A stretch of DNA of 64,000 bases from a candidate division CPR3 bacterium GWF2_35_18 (GCA_001771135.1 MESW01000002.1:5315-69314), one strand, 5' to 3'; counted from the stretch's first letter, positions 28,424 through 38,525 are shown. Notes: generated by a model not told the origin, from the sequence alone. Program-made: numbers and translations.

Positions 28424-29765
28424 GAGGGTCGGTTAATACAGAGAATAATTCTTTTTCTATCATTTCAAGACGATTTAAATCTTTTGCTAAAATCATGTAT
28501 CCAATTGTACCAATTGCTAAGAAACTTACAATGCTGGGTATAACTCCTTCACCTTTTTCTTTTGAAAATAGAAGATGTGATATTTTTTCTTTAAATACTG
28601 AGTAGTTATTAATTTCTTTTTTTACTGGAAGATTATCACGTGAGAATACTGAAATTTTATTTTGAAAATTTTTCCCAAAAAGATGAGTCGCCGTTTCAAA
28701 AATATGAGTTCCCCCAGTTCTCCGTAGATTTGATTCGACCGCGTAAACATTGTGTTTTTTGTCAATTATAAGGTCAATGTCGAAATTCCCCCTATATCCC
28801 TGTTCTATAAGTGCTTCTCCAAATCTTTTACAGCTATCAACAACACGATTAATATCAAAATTAAAATAATTTTCAATTTTTTTTGAGATAATTATTCCTT
28901 CAAAATAATTATCTTCTCTCAGTCTTTGAAGGCAATTATATTGATGTTTGAGATCTCCGTTAATTTTAAATTCAATTGAAGGGCTTCTATCATAAACTGA
29001 AGTGTTAGTTTCAATAAATTCTTCAACGACAAAATTTTCTTCAAACCACATCTTATCATTATGTTTTTCTGTTAGGTATTTTTTGAATTCAATTTCATTG
29101 TTAGGAAGGTTAGAGATATTATAAGGAACTATTCCAAATCCACTTGTTCCGCGATTATATTTAAATACAAAATTAGTATTTTTTTGATAAAACCACCAGG
29201 CAGCATCCAGTGCTTCTTTAAGGTCGTTAACAATAAATCCAGGGGGAATTTTTACAAAACTATCTTTATCAGTAGCTCTTTCCCAAAGTTCTCGAAATCC
29301 TACTTTACAGTTATAGTGGTCACGAATAAAACGATTTTTTGGAGAGATGGTTTCGGGTGTAGTAAACTGTAATTTATTTTGTTTTAATATTGTCAGGAGT
29401 TCAAAAAACTCTGAAGTGGCATAGTAGGGAATGATTTCAATATCTGGATTTTCCCTAATTATCTTTTGTATTTGATTTAATAAGGTTTTGTCATCCAGAA
29501 TATCTTTACATATAGATTCTGAATATTTATGGGGATAGAGGTTTATTATTTCATAACTTAAAATTCTACGAACATCTTCTAGAAATTCATGATTTAAAGG
29601 TAGAGAGGTGATTAAAATTTTAGAATTATTAGCATAAAAAACAGCGCGATCAGATTCTAAAATATCTGATTGTATGAGTTTTTCGGCTTCTGTCGGATCT
29701 GACTTACGGTATGTTTGGTAATATGTTTCAGCTAAGTTGGAGATAATTAATGATTTATATTGCAT
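28416..29765 (-). CDS. ATP-grasp fold ligase with an N-terminal pre-ATP-grasp-like domain
   Basis: ATP-grasp elements: K...GTSGFGIV (the Gly-rich flexible loop), VVEEFIE and AVESNLRRTGG (the E-x-N Mg-binding pattern). Confidence 0.55.
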   Translation of the reverse strand: MQYKSLIISNLAETYYQTYRKSDPTEAEKLIQSDILESDRAVFYANNSKILITSLPLNHEFLEDVRRILSYEIINLYPHKYSESICKDILDDKTLLNQIQKIIRENPDIEIIPYYATSEFFELLTILKQNKLQFTTPETISPKNRFIRDHYNCKVGFRELWERATDKDSFVKIPPGFIVNDLKEALDAAWWFYQKNTNFVFKYNRGTSGFGIVPYNISNLPNNEIEFKKYLTEKHNDKMWFEENFVVEEFIETNTSVYDRSPSIEFKINGDLKHQYNCLQRLREDNYFEGIIISKKIENYFNFDINRVVDSCKRFGEALIEQGYRGNFDIDLIIDKKHNVYAVESNLRRTGGTHIFETATHLFGKNFQNKISVFSRDNLPVKKEINNYSVFKEKISHLLFSKEKGEGVIPSIVSFLAIGTIGYMILAKDLNRLEMIEKELFSVLTDPHE

Positions 29766-29775
29766 GAGAAAATAG

Positions 29776-30957
29776 TTATTTTAGTTCTAACTTTCGGAAG
29801 AGATTTTTATATTTAGAAATAAAAAACTTTACCTTATCAAGGGGAATTGCCGGTACATAATGATTATTAATTCCGGTCATATCAGTTGCCATGCATAAAG
29901 CATTCAAAATAGCTTCTTCAGTGGAATCGACAACAGCCTCATAAAGAGGATCAAGTCGTGGATCGTCTAAAGACTGAAAGGTGTTGACCATATTCCGGCT
30001 ACGGCGAGATAATTTATTAGCATTGGAAAACGCAATAATAATTTCTCCGGATCCATTTGCCGCGTATGATCCTACTCTTCCAATTCCTAAAGCAGAGCGT
30101 GTTGCCAGTTTTGAAAGTTGTCCCGGAGTTAAGGGAGCATCAGTTGAGACTACGGAGATAATACTTCCATACAATTCTTGACGTTTTTCAAGAGATTGGT
30201 ATCTTTTTTCTAAAAGTTCTCCTATGGGAATTCCTCCAAAACGAAGATCTCGAATATTTCCAAAATTACTCATCACAAGAACTCCGATTGTGTATCCACC
30301 CATTTTTTGGGGGAGTTTTCGTGAAGAAGTTCCAATTCCACCGGCAAAATCACAGGTAATCATTCCAGTCCCACCACCGACGCAGCCTTCTTCGACTATT
30401 CCACTAGATGCTTTTTCAAGTGCTTCGTAAACATGTTGACTTTTAACGTGACGGCCAGAGATATCATTCAGCCAAGAATCATCACATTCTCCAACTAAAG
30501 GAATAATAACTTCATCTTCGATTCCGATTCGGGGATATTTTCGGACGTAAGACTTGACCATAGCTTCAGAACATGTTCCGACTGAAAAAGTATTTGTGAG
30601 AAGAATTGGAGTTTCAATCGTACCCCATTCCATGACTTGAGTGAGTCCCGAGAATTCTCCAGCTCCATTTAAAATAAATCCACCTCCAAAAATTTGGTTT
30701 TGGTATACATCATCTTTAGAGGGAATAATTGCCGTTACTCCAGTACGTACTGGTCCCATTCCTGGTTTAAGTTCTCCAGATCCTTGAATTAAAGTTACAT
30801 GTCCCACTTTTACGCCTCTAACATCTGTAATCGCATTCAAATCACCAGTACGAAACCTTCCTATTGAAAGGCCAATATCTCGGACACGCATTCTTTTGGT
30901 AGGTTGTTTGGGTTTAAAAAATTCCATAGATATAGATTTAGAAACTACATTTACCAT
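29776..30957 (-). CDS. DmpA / S58 family (L-aminopeptidase D-Ala-esterase/amidase, OAT-fold) peptidase
   Basis: RDIGLSIGRFRTGDLNAITDVRGVKVGH, a self-processing Gly-Ser/Thr-type site region (GGGTGMITCDFAGGIGTSSR), and a family-typical length of about 390 aa. Confidence 0.78.
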   Translation of the reverse strand: MVNVVSKSISMEFFKPKQPTKRMRVRDIGLSIGRFRTGDLNAITDVRGVKVGHVTLIQGSGELKPGMGPVRTGVTAIIPSKDDVYQNQIFGGGFILNGAGEFSGLTQVMEWGTIETPILLTNTFSVGTCSEAMVKSYVRKYPRIGIEDEVIIPLVGECDDSWLNDISGRHVKSQHVYEALEKASSGIVEEGCVGGGTGMITCDFAGGIGTSSRKLPQKMGGYTIGVLVMSNFGNIRDLRFGGIPIGELLEKRYQSLEKRQELYGSIISVVSTDAPLTPGQLSKLATRSALGIGRVGSYAANGSGEIIIAFSNANKLSRRSRNMVNTFQSLDDPRLDPLYEAVVDSTEEAILNALCMATDMTGINNHYVPAIPLDKVKFFISKYKNLFRKLELK

Positions 30958-31003
30958 ATTTTATCATATTTTCAGAAAAACCCCTGTTTATTATGGTAAA
31001 AAC

Positions 31004-31987
31004 CTATATTCCATATCTTTTTTGCGCACTTTCTAGGATTTTCTGAATAACATCTTTAACACTCAGGCCATAAGAAGATGCAGAGATATAAATGGAAGCT
31101 CCTTCCTGAAGACAGGGGAGAGCGTTAATCTCAATGAAATAAAGCTTTCCGTCTTTTGAAAGTCGATAATCAATTCGTCCAATATCCTTGACATTCAATA
31201 TCTCGTAAGTTTTTAATGATGTTTTTTGAATTTCTTTGATAATTTCTGGAGAAAGATCTTCGGCAATATTTACTATTACCTGAGAAGAGAGGTATTGTTT
31301 GAGCTTAAAATCGTATATTTTGTAATTACCTTGTTCGTGTTGTTCAAAGGTATATAGACAAGCTGGTAAGACTCCATGTGTTTCTGGAAATGCAGCTTGT
31401 AAGTAAGGAACAGTTAAATCAACCCCATCAACGAATTCTTCAATGATTATCCCTTCTGGAAACTGTTGGAGAAATTTTTCAAGATGGTCTTTCATCTCTG
31501 TAAGATTTTCATGAATATTTTTCAGAGATATTCCACGAGAGCTCCCTTCAAAATTCGGTTTAATAATGACGGGAAATCTTAGAGGAAATTTCTCAATGTC
31601 CTTCATTTTTTGGACAAAGATCCAGTTTGGAGTTCGAATGCCATTTTTGTGAAGCATCAATTTGGTGACACTTTTATCTAGAGTGACCGTACAGGTGTAC
31701 GCATCTGATCCGGCAAAAGGAATTTCTAAATTATCAAATAATGCGGGACAGAAAGCTTCTCGGAATCTTCCATTTTGCCCTTCCGCGGTATTGAAAATAA
31801 TATCTGGAGAAAATTCTTTTAAATCTCGAATAATCTCTGTAACGTCTTTTTTAACGTCAATCAATTTGACCGTATGACCAAGACCTTGAAGCTCTTTATT
31901 AACTAATTCTATAGTTTCCGGAGTATCAAATTCGGCTTCTTCCGGAATATCATTTTTTTGAATATTATAAGTAAAAGCGACTTTCAT
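31004..31987 (-). CDS. D-alanine--D-alanine ligase-like ATP-grasp enzyme
   Basis: AGGAG RBS. Ddl-like N-domain (MKVAFTY...), PFAGSDAYTCTVTLDKSVTK, an ATP-grasp core (IIKPNFEGSSRGIS ; IIEEFVDG ; FIEINALP). Confidence 0.7.
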   Translation of the reverse strand: MKVAFTYNIQKNDIPEEAEFDTPETIELVNKELQGLGHTVKLIDVKKDVTEIIRDLKEFSPDIIFNTAEGQNGRFREAFCPALFDNLEIPFAGSDAYTCTVTLDKSVTKLMLHKNGIRTPNWIFVQKMKDIEKFPLRFPVIIKPNFEGSSRGISLKNIHENLTEMKDHLEKFLQQFPEGIIIEEFVDGVDLTVPYLQAAFPETHGVLPACLYTFEQHEQGNYKIYDFKLKQYLSSQVIVNIAEDLSPEIIKEIQKTSLKTYEILNVKDIGRIDYRLSKDGKLYFIEINALPCLQEGASIYISASSYGLSVKDVIQKILESAQKRYGI

Positions 31988-32285
31988 TTTAGCTCCTAAA
32001 TAATTTAAATATTCCCATATTTTTGGGTTTTAAAATTAAATATTTTATTTTCATTAAAGGGAGAGAGAGAATATAATCATCGCCACAAGACGATGGAGGC
32101 TTGTCTTCATTATTTTCCATGTATGTGGTATTTAGTTTGACTTTTAAACCAAATACCCCTTTGTCTGTTTATCAAAAAATGATAAAAATAATATCCCAAA
32201 TTATGCCTTTTTTTATAAAAATGTCAATAGAGTTTTCATTATGATAAAATGAAATTCTAAATAAAATATCAAAGAGAATAATTTT

Positions 32286-33506
32286 ATGTTCAAAAAGAAA
32301 CTTTCAATCTCAGAGAGGGGAGAAAAAGCTCCCGCCTCTCCGATTCGCAAACTGGTTCCTTTCTCTGATCAGGCAAAACAAAAAGGAATTAAAGTTTATC
32401 ATCTTAATATTGGTCAACCTGATTTTCATATCCCTCCAGAGATTCAAAAAGAATTATTAGGTCAAAGTGCTAACCTAAAAATTCTTTCGTATGCACATTC
32501 TCAAGGAGAAAAGACGTTAATTGAAGCTTTTGTAAAATATTATGCCGATTGTGAGATAGATATTAAAAGTGAAGATGTTCTCATTGCTTCTGGAGGAAGT
32601 GAAGCAATTATTTTGGCGATGGCGGTAGTTTTAGATCCAAAAGATAATATGATTGTTTTTGAACCTTTTTATGCCAACTATTTGGGTTTCGGATCAATGT
32701 TGGAAACCGAGATTATTCCAGTGAAGTTAGATCCAAATAAAGGTTATCATCTACCTTCAGAATCAGAGATTGCGGCGAAGATAAATAAGAGAACCAAAGC
32801 GATCTTTTTTACAAATCCCAATAATCCTACTGGAACTGTTTTTACGAAAAAAGAGATGGAGATTATTTTGAAGATTGCCCGTGAACATAATCTGTTTATT
32901 ATTTCTGACGAAACATATCGTGGTATCTGTTTTGATGGAGTAAAAAGCTATAGTATGTTAGAGATAGCACAAGAGATAGACAGAGAAAGAATTATTGTTG
33001 TGGACAGCCTTTCTAAAAGAATGAATATTACCGGAGCTAGAATTGGAGTCGTTATTTCAAAAAACAAAGAAGTTATGAGTGGGGTTTTGAAGTACGCACA
33101 GGCGAGGCTTTCTGTTGCCACTCTAGAACAACTGATGGTCGTTCCGATGTTAAAAAATTGTATACCGTATGTTGAAGATTTAGCTAAACATTACAAAAAT
33201 AGAAGAGATGTGTTTTTAAAGGAATTGGAAAAGGGTTTGGAAATAAAAATCCATTATCCGGAAGGAGCTTTTTATACGATGTTAAAGCTTCCGGTTAAAA
33301 GTTCTGAAGACTTTTGTAAATGGTTACTGACCGATTTTTCTTATAAAAATTCTACGGTAATGCTTGCTCCCGGTTCGGGGTTTTATGCTACTAAAGGAGA
33401 AGGTAGTAATGAGGCTCGAGTAGCTTTTGTTTTGAATGAAGAGGAGCTTAAGAAAGCTGCAGAGGTTTTGATTCACGGAATAAAAGAGTATCAAAAATTG
33501 GGTTAG
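32286..33506 (+). CDS. PLP-dependent class I/II aminotransferase
   Basis: SLSKRMNITGARIG (the SxSK...G.R.G lysine motif), NPNNPTG and DETY motifs. Confidence 0.85.
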   Translation: MFKKKLSISERGEKAPASPIRKLVPFSDQAKQKGIKVYHLNIGQPDFHIPPEIQKELLGQSANLKILSYAHSQGEKTLIEAFVKYYADCEIDIKSEDVLIASGGSEAIILAMAVVLDPKDNMIVFEPFYANYLGFGSMLETEIIPVKLDPNKGYHLPSESEIAAKINKRTKAIFFTNPNNPTGTVFTKKEMEIILKIAREHNLFIISDETYRGICFDGVKSYSMLEIAQEIDRERIIVVDSLSKRMNITGARIGVVISKNKEVMSGVLKYAQARLSVATLEQLMVVPMLKNCIPYVEDLAKHYKNRRDVFLKELEKGLEIKIHYPEGAFYTMLKLPVKSSEDFCKWLLTDFSYKNSTVMLAPGSGFYATKGEGSNEARVAFVLNEEELKKAAEVLIHGIKEYQKLG

Positions 33507-33509
33507 CAA

Positions 33510-34034
33510 TTATTCCCAGGTCAAGTGAAAGATTCTTTTAACCCCGATCTGTTCGATTTTAATTTGAGGTATTTTTTGAAAAGAGCGGACGCCTTCTTCT
33601 ATTAGTCCTTGAAAATAAGTTTCCGGATAAGGATCATTTCCAAAAACAAAATCAGCTTTATTTCCCTGCATATTTTCAATATCACAATTTAGTCCGGTGT
33701 AAAAAGTTTCCATGAGTTTCTTAAAGTTTTCAATAGTTTTTTCTAGGGTGGATGAAAAAAGTTTAAAGATTACTTTTCCAATTTGGGTGTCCTGCATCAG
33801 TTTATAGTCCCAGATTCCTAATTTTCTGTACGCTTCGGCGTCAGTTTTGCCATAAATAATTTCGGCTGCAGTTTTTTGGCGGATTAAAGATTCTTCTATC
33901 GGATATAGTTTTGTGGGGAAGTAATGTTTTTTCTCAATTCTTTTATCAAACTCAGCAAGTCCGACTTTTCCTTTAACCTTAGCAACTTTTTCACGGTCAT
34001 TATCAATCATGAAACCTCGTAGAAATACGGACAT
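33510..34034 (-). CDS. Hypothetical protein (174 aa)
   Basis: AAAGGAG RBS before the internal ATG at 34034 (the track ORF started at an upstream ATG at 34070). No motif recognised. Confidence 0.45.
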   Translation of the reverse strand: MSVFLRGFMIDNDREKVAKVKGKVGLAEFDKRIEKKHYFPTKLYPIEESLIRQKTAAEIIYGKTDAEAYRKLGIWDYKLMQDTQIGKVIFKLFSSTLEKTIENFKKLMETFYTGLNCDIENMQGNKADFVFGNDPYPETYFQGLIEEGVRSFQKIPQIKIEQIGVKRIFHLTWE

Positions 34035-34323
34035 GAAATCTCCTTTGGTAAAAAGTCTTAGACAAGACAAATTAATTTTCGCATGAAAAATATAAAATTA
34101 CAATTTTCTATAAAAAGTTTAATTATTTGTATTTAAGATAAAACAATGTTAAAATCACTGTGTTCTCAAGTATTGCGCATGTAAGAGTGAAAGGCTTTAC
34201 TTGGGAGATAACAATTTACGGAAGCTTTTTGAATGATTCCTACTCTTTTGGCGCATCTTTTTTGCTCCCCAAACGGTTTCTTCACAAAGAAGCTCCTTTC
34301 CCTTTAAGGAGGTGAAATAAATA

Positions 34324-34599
34324 GTGAGTACTAAACTTTATGTCGGTAATCTCGATTACGGGATGAATGACGAAGCTTTAAATACGCTTTTCGCACAAGC
34401 AGGAACCGTTACAAGTGCTATGGTTATCATGGATCGATATTCTGGTCGTTCCAAGGGTTTTGGATTTGTAGAAATGGGAACTGAAGATGAAGCGCAAAAA
34501 GCCATTGAAATGTTCAATGGTAAGGAACAAAATGGACGAGCTTTAGTTGTTAACGAAGCGAGACCAAAAAAACCACGTACCAATGATTTCCAACGCTAA
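34324..34599 (+). CDS. RRM-type RNA-binding protein
   Basis: GTG start with a GGAGGTG RBS. RNP-2 LYVGNL and RNP-1 KGFGFVEM. C-terminal basic tail. Confidence 0.85.
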   Translation: MSTKLYVGNLDYGMNDEALNTLFAQAGTVTSAMVIMDRYSGRSKGFGFVEMGTEDEAQKAIEMFNGKEQNGRALVVNEARPKKPRTNDFQR

Positions 34600-34623
34600 A
34601 TAAAATAGCTTTGGATAACAAGA

Positions 34624-34662
34624 AGCCGCCCTCTCAATTTATTGAGCGGGCGGCTTTCTTTG
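34624..34662 (+). terminator. Rho-independent terminator
   Basis: AGCCGCCCTCTCAA-TTTA-TTGAGCGGGCGGCT followed by TTCTTTG. Confidence 0.7.
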
Positions 34663-34732
34663 TGATATCTAGCAAAATTTTCTTTTTAGATTTATTATGA
34701 TAATAATAGTTTTAGATTTAAAAAGGATTTCT

Positions 34733-35167
34733 ATGAAAACAAAAATAGGTAGATACTTAATTGCTGGGATATGGTTATTAGTTGGTTTCGGGAAATTTTT
34801 TATCGTGATTGCAGAGGTAATCTCTCAAAAAGCTTTGATTAGTCCAGTGATGGGAAAATTAGCCGAAGAAACAAACTTGTCTTTTTATCGTCAAATCTGT
34901 AATAACTATTATATTCCATATGCCTTATTTTTTATTTTTATGGCAACAACAATCGAAATTATCTCCGGTTTTCTGATTCTTAAAGGAAAAGTTTTTGCGA
35001 GATTTGGGTTTCTTGGTGTTTCCTTTATATTATTAACCTATTTGCCTTTCCATCATGGGGGAGCCTTAATTGGAAATTCAATTTTGCTTCTATTGCAAAT
35101 AACTCTTGCTTTCCAAAAAAGTGAAGAAGATCTCTTGCAGGGGATTATCAAGAAATTCAAAAAATAA
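34733..35167 (+). CDS. Small 4-TM membrane protein (DoxX-like?)
   Basis: RBS AAAAAGGA before the ATG at 34733 (the track ORF started upstream). Four hydrophobic helices. Confidence 0.42.
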   Translation: MKTKIGRYLIAGIWLLVGFGKFFIVIAEVISQKALISPVMGKLAEETNLSFYRQICNNYYIPYALFFIFMATTIEIISGFLILKGKVFARFGFLGVSFILLTYLPFHHGGALIGNSILLLLQITLAFQKSEEDLLQGIIKKFKK

Positions 35168-35169
35168 TC

Positions 35170-36099
35170 CTAATGAGTGCTGTGTTTTCGTTTATTTATC
35201 ATTGCATTCATGGCTTCCATACGTTCTGATTCTGTTAGTTGCCTGTAGGCTTCTTCAATTATGGTTTTAATACTTTCATTAACGTTTCCAGTTATTATAA
35301 ACTTTTCGGCATCGATATTTCCGTTGGATAGAACATAACATGCGGCCATATTGTCTCGAGTGATATTGATGAGAACCTGTTGTTGTTCGTCTTCACTCAA
35401 ATTTAATTCTGCGGCCATTTCTTTGATTTTCAGATTAAGTAACCCCAAATCCAAAGAGAAGAAAGAATTTTGTGCATTTCCTTCAGGATTTAAAACGCTG
35501 TTAGAATTGACATTAATTAATAATCCACCGTTTTGAGCTACATGTTCACCGTTAAGAGTAATAACTCTAACTCCCAAATCTTGTTCCATTTTTTGGATGT
35601 AACCAGAAACTTTGTTGTCAGAGGATTTTAAGGAAAATCCAAAGACATCTTCCGCTTCATCCATAGCAAGTAGACCTAAATATCCGCAGCCTACTGGGTT
35701 TTCAGTGCTACCATGAACATTATCACGATGGTTAAGAAGATGTAAATTATATTGTTCCGCTGTGTTTAAAATTTTCTGTCGATAGGCAAGATTGATTTCG
35801 CCTTTCACAGCTTCTATAGCATGGATAAGTCCTGCCGCTCCGCCAGGCAAGCGGAAATATTTATCATTTTCAGTTCTTTCAACAATATCTCTTTCGTCAG
35901 TGCAGGTTCCTTTAAGTTGATCAGCAAAATTAATTTCAATAAAAAGTTCTTGATAATTCGATACCGGATCTTCAGTTCCGCGGACTTGATGTTTCCATTT
36001 ATTAACTGTTTTTAAAGTTTGTTCGGGGGTTTGATAGTTTTCCTTTGGAAAAATTACCGGAAATTTTGCTTGTTGTTCGTCGTGTATAGTTTCAGTCAT
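35170..36099 (-). CDS. Hypothetical cytoplasmic protein (309 aa)
   Basis: AAAGGA RBS. No recognisable motif. Confidence 0.5.
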   Translation of the reverse strand: MTETIHDEQQAKFPVIFPKENYQTPEQTLKTVNKWKHQVRGTEDPVSNYQELFIEINFADQLKGTCTDERDIVERTENDKYFRLPGGAAGLIHAIEAVKGEINLAYRQKILNTAEQYNLHLLNHRDNVHGSTENPVGCGYLGLLAMDEAEDVFGFSLKSSDNKVSGYIQKMEQDLGVRVITLNGEHVAQNGGLLINVNSNSVLNPEGNAQNSFFSLDLGLLNLKIKEMAAELNLSEDEQQQVLINITRDNMAACYVLSNGNIDAEKFIITGNVNESIKTIIEEAYRQLTESERMEAMNAMINKRKHSTH

Positions 36100-36322
36100 T
36101 TTTTATCCTTTCATTTAATTGAAACCAAAATATATCATAAAACAGGGGAAACAGTAAACTGTTCCTGACTGCTTGCCTTTTGGGTCGATTTTTAGTACAA
36201 TCGCGTGGTAATAGCCCCCCTTTTGAGGGGTCTTTTTGTATAGATCGCACTTTTAAATCATGAAATTATAATTTCTTCCAAAAAAGTGAATGATTGATTA
36301 GAAAAAACGGAGAAGCTCTTGC

Positions 36323-36366
36323 GGGAGCAAGATGAAAACAATTTTTATTGTTTTCATCTTGCTCCC
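36323..36366. repeat. Perfect 19-bp stem hairpin (GGGAGCAAGATGAAAACAA / TTGTTTTCATCTTGCTCCC) at the left edge of GC-rich island 2
   Basis: Read directly. A 6-nt loop. Lies between divergent genes and is followed by GC-rich sequence. Confidence 0.7.
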
Positions 36367-36522
36367 CCTCAGAGCAGCGCAAAAGCGCATTTTACCCATC
36401 CGTTTTAGTTCCGTTTTGCTAAAGCAAATTCGGAGAAGGAGTTGATCTATCAGAAAATTGAATAAACTGTTTTCAACCATCAATCAATTTAACCAATCCA
36501 ACCAATTTTATGGGAGAAAATT

Positions 36523-37086
36523 ATGAAACCTCAATCGTATCGATTTACTCAACCACGTCAAACCGTGGGTTATGCCGCATGTCAGGACGACCGCGTGCAG
36601 GCCGATGTTCAAGTGATTTTAGCTGAAATGGGCTTAGCCCTTGGACATTACTGTGCGATTAACCTGGCTGGTGGCGCTGGTGTTCCGGATCTTATTGATC
36701 GTTTGCTTCCCGAACTGGAAGTTGATCACGAGCACCACAATCCCCAGGGTTGGTTACTGATCGGCCACGAGGAATGCGCCGCCGGTGCCAATCTAGATAC
36801 TCTGTTTACCAATCTGGGACAGATTAAGCAACTCTTTCCGGATATGGTGGGTAAGCTTGTGATTGTTTGGCAGTTCAAGGTCGTTGGTTACCAGGAGAAG
36901 GAGTTTTGGGGTCATGTGTACCTCAATGTAGACGCCGAAACCTCGGTCACCTGGTACATTGTAGTTGGCGATGCGAAGGAGAGCGCGAAAGCGTTCGTAC
37001 TTACAATGACTGGAAAAGATCTTCCCGGTCCTCATATTCTCTCCCGTGACTATACTGATCATGATGTGACGGTGATCGTCGCCTAA
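36523..37086 (+). CDS. Hypothetical Cys/His-rich protein (187 aa) in GC-rich island 2
   Basis: About 52 % GC with GC-rich third positions. RBS GGGAGA. No family recognised. Confidence 0.55.
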   Translation: MKPQSYRFTQPRQTVGYAACQDDRVQADVQVILAEMGLALGHYCAINLAGGAGVPDLIDRLLPELEVDHEHHNPQGWLLIGHEECAAGANLDTLFTNLGQIKQLFPDMVGKLVIVWQFKVVGYQEKEFWGHVYLNVDAETSVTWYIVVGDAKESAKAFVLTMTGKDLPGPHILSRDYTDHDVTVIVA

Positions 37087-37174
37087 AACAATTTCTCAAT
37101 CATGTGGCGACCGTCTGTCGCAAGACCTGTCCTTCTGGACGGTCGCCACATCAATTTGTATTTTGGAGGAACCT

Positions 37175-37417
37175 ATGGAAACTGAAGTTGTTACCCTTGC
37201 CGGGTATCGGATAACCGTTACGGACAATGGTGAGAAAACCAATCGACTAACCCGCTATACTTGGAAAGTTTACGATCCAAGTGGTGAACCTATTGGTAGA
37301 TTCACTGCAAACTTACAGAGCAATAAATTGCATGAGTTCAAAGAAGTACTTTCTACACGTTTTGAAGATCAACCATCTTTGTTACAGCAGTACGTTTCAC
37401 TGGCGGCCGCTCTGTAA
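37175..37417 (+). CDS. Hypothetical protein (80 aa) in GC-rich island 2
   Basis: RBS TTGGAGGAA before the ATG at 37175 (track start 37163 is a TTG). Confidence 0.5.
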   Translation: METEVVTLAGYRITVTDNGEKTNRLTRYTWKVYDPSGEPIGRFTANLQSNKLHEFKEVLSTRFEDQPSLLQQYVSLAAAL

Positions 37418-37432
37418 ACAGGAAGGAGGATT

Positions 37433-37549
37433 ATGAACGTCGGTTGGGCAATTGGTGTCGGAGCACTAATTTGGGCTATTGCTAGTCAGATGACACAGGT
37501 TTGTTGGGCAATTGCTCAAATTCAAAAGAACAAGAACAATCGTTCGTAA
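37433..37549 (+). CDS. Candidate small hydrophobic peptide (38 aa, MNVGWAIGVGALIWAIASQMTQVCWAIAQIQKNKNNRS)
   Basis: Strong RBS AGGAAGGAGGA 4 nt upstream. Three WAI(G/A) repeats spaced 9-11 residues apart. Third gene of island 2. Confidence 0.4.
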   Translation: MNVGWAIGVGALIWAIASQMTQVCWAIAQIQKNKNNRS

Positions 37550-37747
37550 GACAACAGAAGAAAGGGAGAGAGATTCCAAGGAAGTGAAACATTGATCGTG
37601 CGCCTCTGGTGCATAACATCGCTGCTTCCCTTCCTTTCTTCTTCCTCGGAATAAAATAATTTTTTCCCGAGAAAGAAGAATTTTTTGCAGCGTTTTATAT
37701 AAGCAAGATATTTGAGCTTTGAGTTTTTTTATCATATACTAATCTAT

Positions 37748-38506
37748 ATGTTTAAAAACAAAAAAGCCTTAATCCTTTCTGTATATTTTATCGGTGTTGT
37801 TATCTTCTGGCTTTATGTTTATTTCCTCGACCGTAAAAATCTCAATTTAAATAAGATTTTTTATTTTCTAATGGAGCTGCTTTCTTTTTTTGGTGTTTTT
37901 TACGCCGGGTTAATTGTAAAAAAATGGGGTGGCCTAAACTCTCGTTTAGGAAAAGCGCTATTTTTATTAGCAATAAGTTTTGTCCTAAATTTTATAAGCT
38001 CCATGGTTCTTTTTGTTTTTCCTGAATTTTATAACTCTTATCCGATTGCCACAATCATACTTTTCTTTTTTATGTATATATCCTGGACGTTTTCTGGTTT
38101 AGAATTGCTCTATTTTAGTGGGGTGAAACCAACTTCTTTAAAAAGGTGGAGATATCTGATTATCTCTTTTACCGTTGTGGGAATTATCGCCACTTTTATC
38201 TCCTTTTTTCAGGATGCTGAGATGAGTATGATAATTCTACAATTCGTAACAATTCTTTCGGATGTGATTTTACTAGCTGAATTTTTGACTTTGATGGTTA
38301 ACTTTAGCCGAATTAAACAGGGAACATTATTTAAAGCGATTTTATTATTTTGCTTAGGGATATTAGTACAGCTTATTGGAGATTTGGTTTTTGCTATCCG
38401 CGGTTCATTTAACTTACTCTATTTTGGTGACATTTCATATCTTGTTTACGGTTTATCTTGGTTTATTTTAGGTTTGTGTCCGGCTTTTTTCCCTCACGAG
38501 AAATAG
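37748..38506 (+). CDS. Polytopic membrane protein; paralog of 2171..2929
   Basis: Shared motif blocks with 2171..2929. The track start at 37712 is a TTG, so I used the ATG at 37748. Confidence 0.6.
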   Translation: MFKNKKALILSVYFIGVVIFWLYVYFLDRKNLNLNKIFYFLMELLSFFGVFYAGLIVKKWGGLNSRLGKALFLLAISFVLNFISSMVLFVFPEFYNSYPIATIILFFFMYISWTFSGLELLYFSGVKPTSLKRWRYLIISFTVVGIIATFISFFQDAEMSMIILQFVTILSDVILLAEFLTLMVNFSRIKQGTLFKAILLFCLGILVQLIGDLVFAIRGSFNLLYFGDISYLVYGLSWFILGLCPAFFPHEK

Positions 38507-38525
38507 AAATAAACTATAAAAAATT

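Noticed and set aside
36298-36483. A 61-aa minus-strand ORF spanning the 19-bp hairpin and the island 2 leader
   Set aside because: It runs through the perfect palindrome and the conserved CAACCAAT leader on the antisense strand. It has no RBS. More likely the region is regulatory DNA or RNA.
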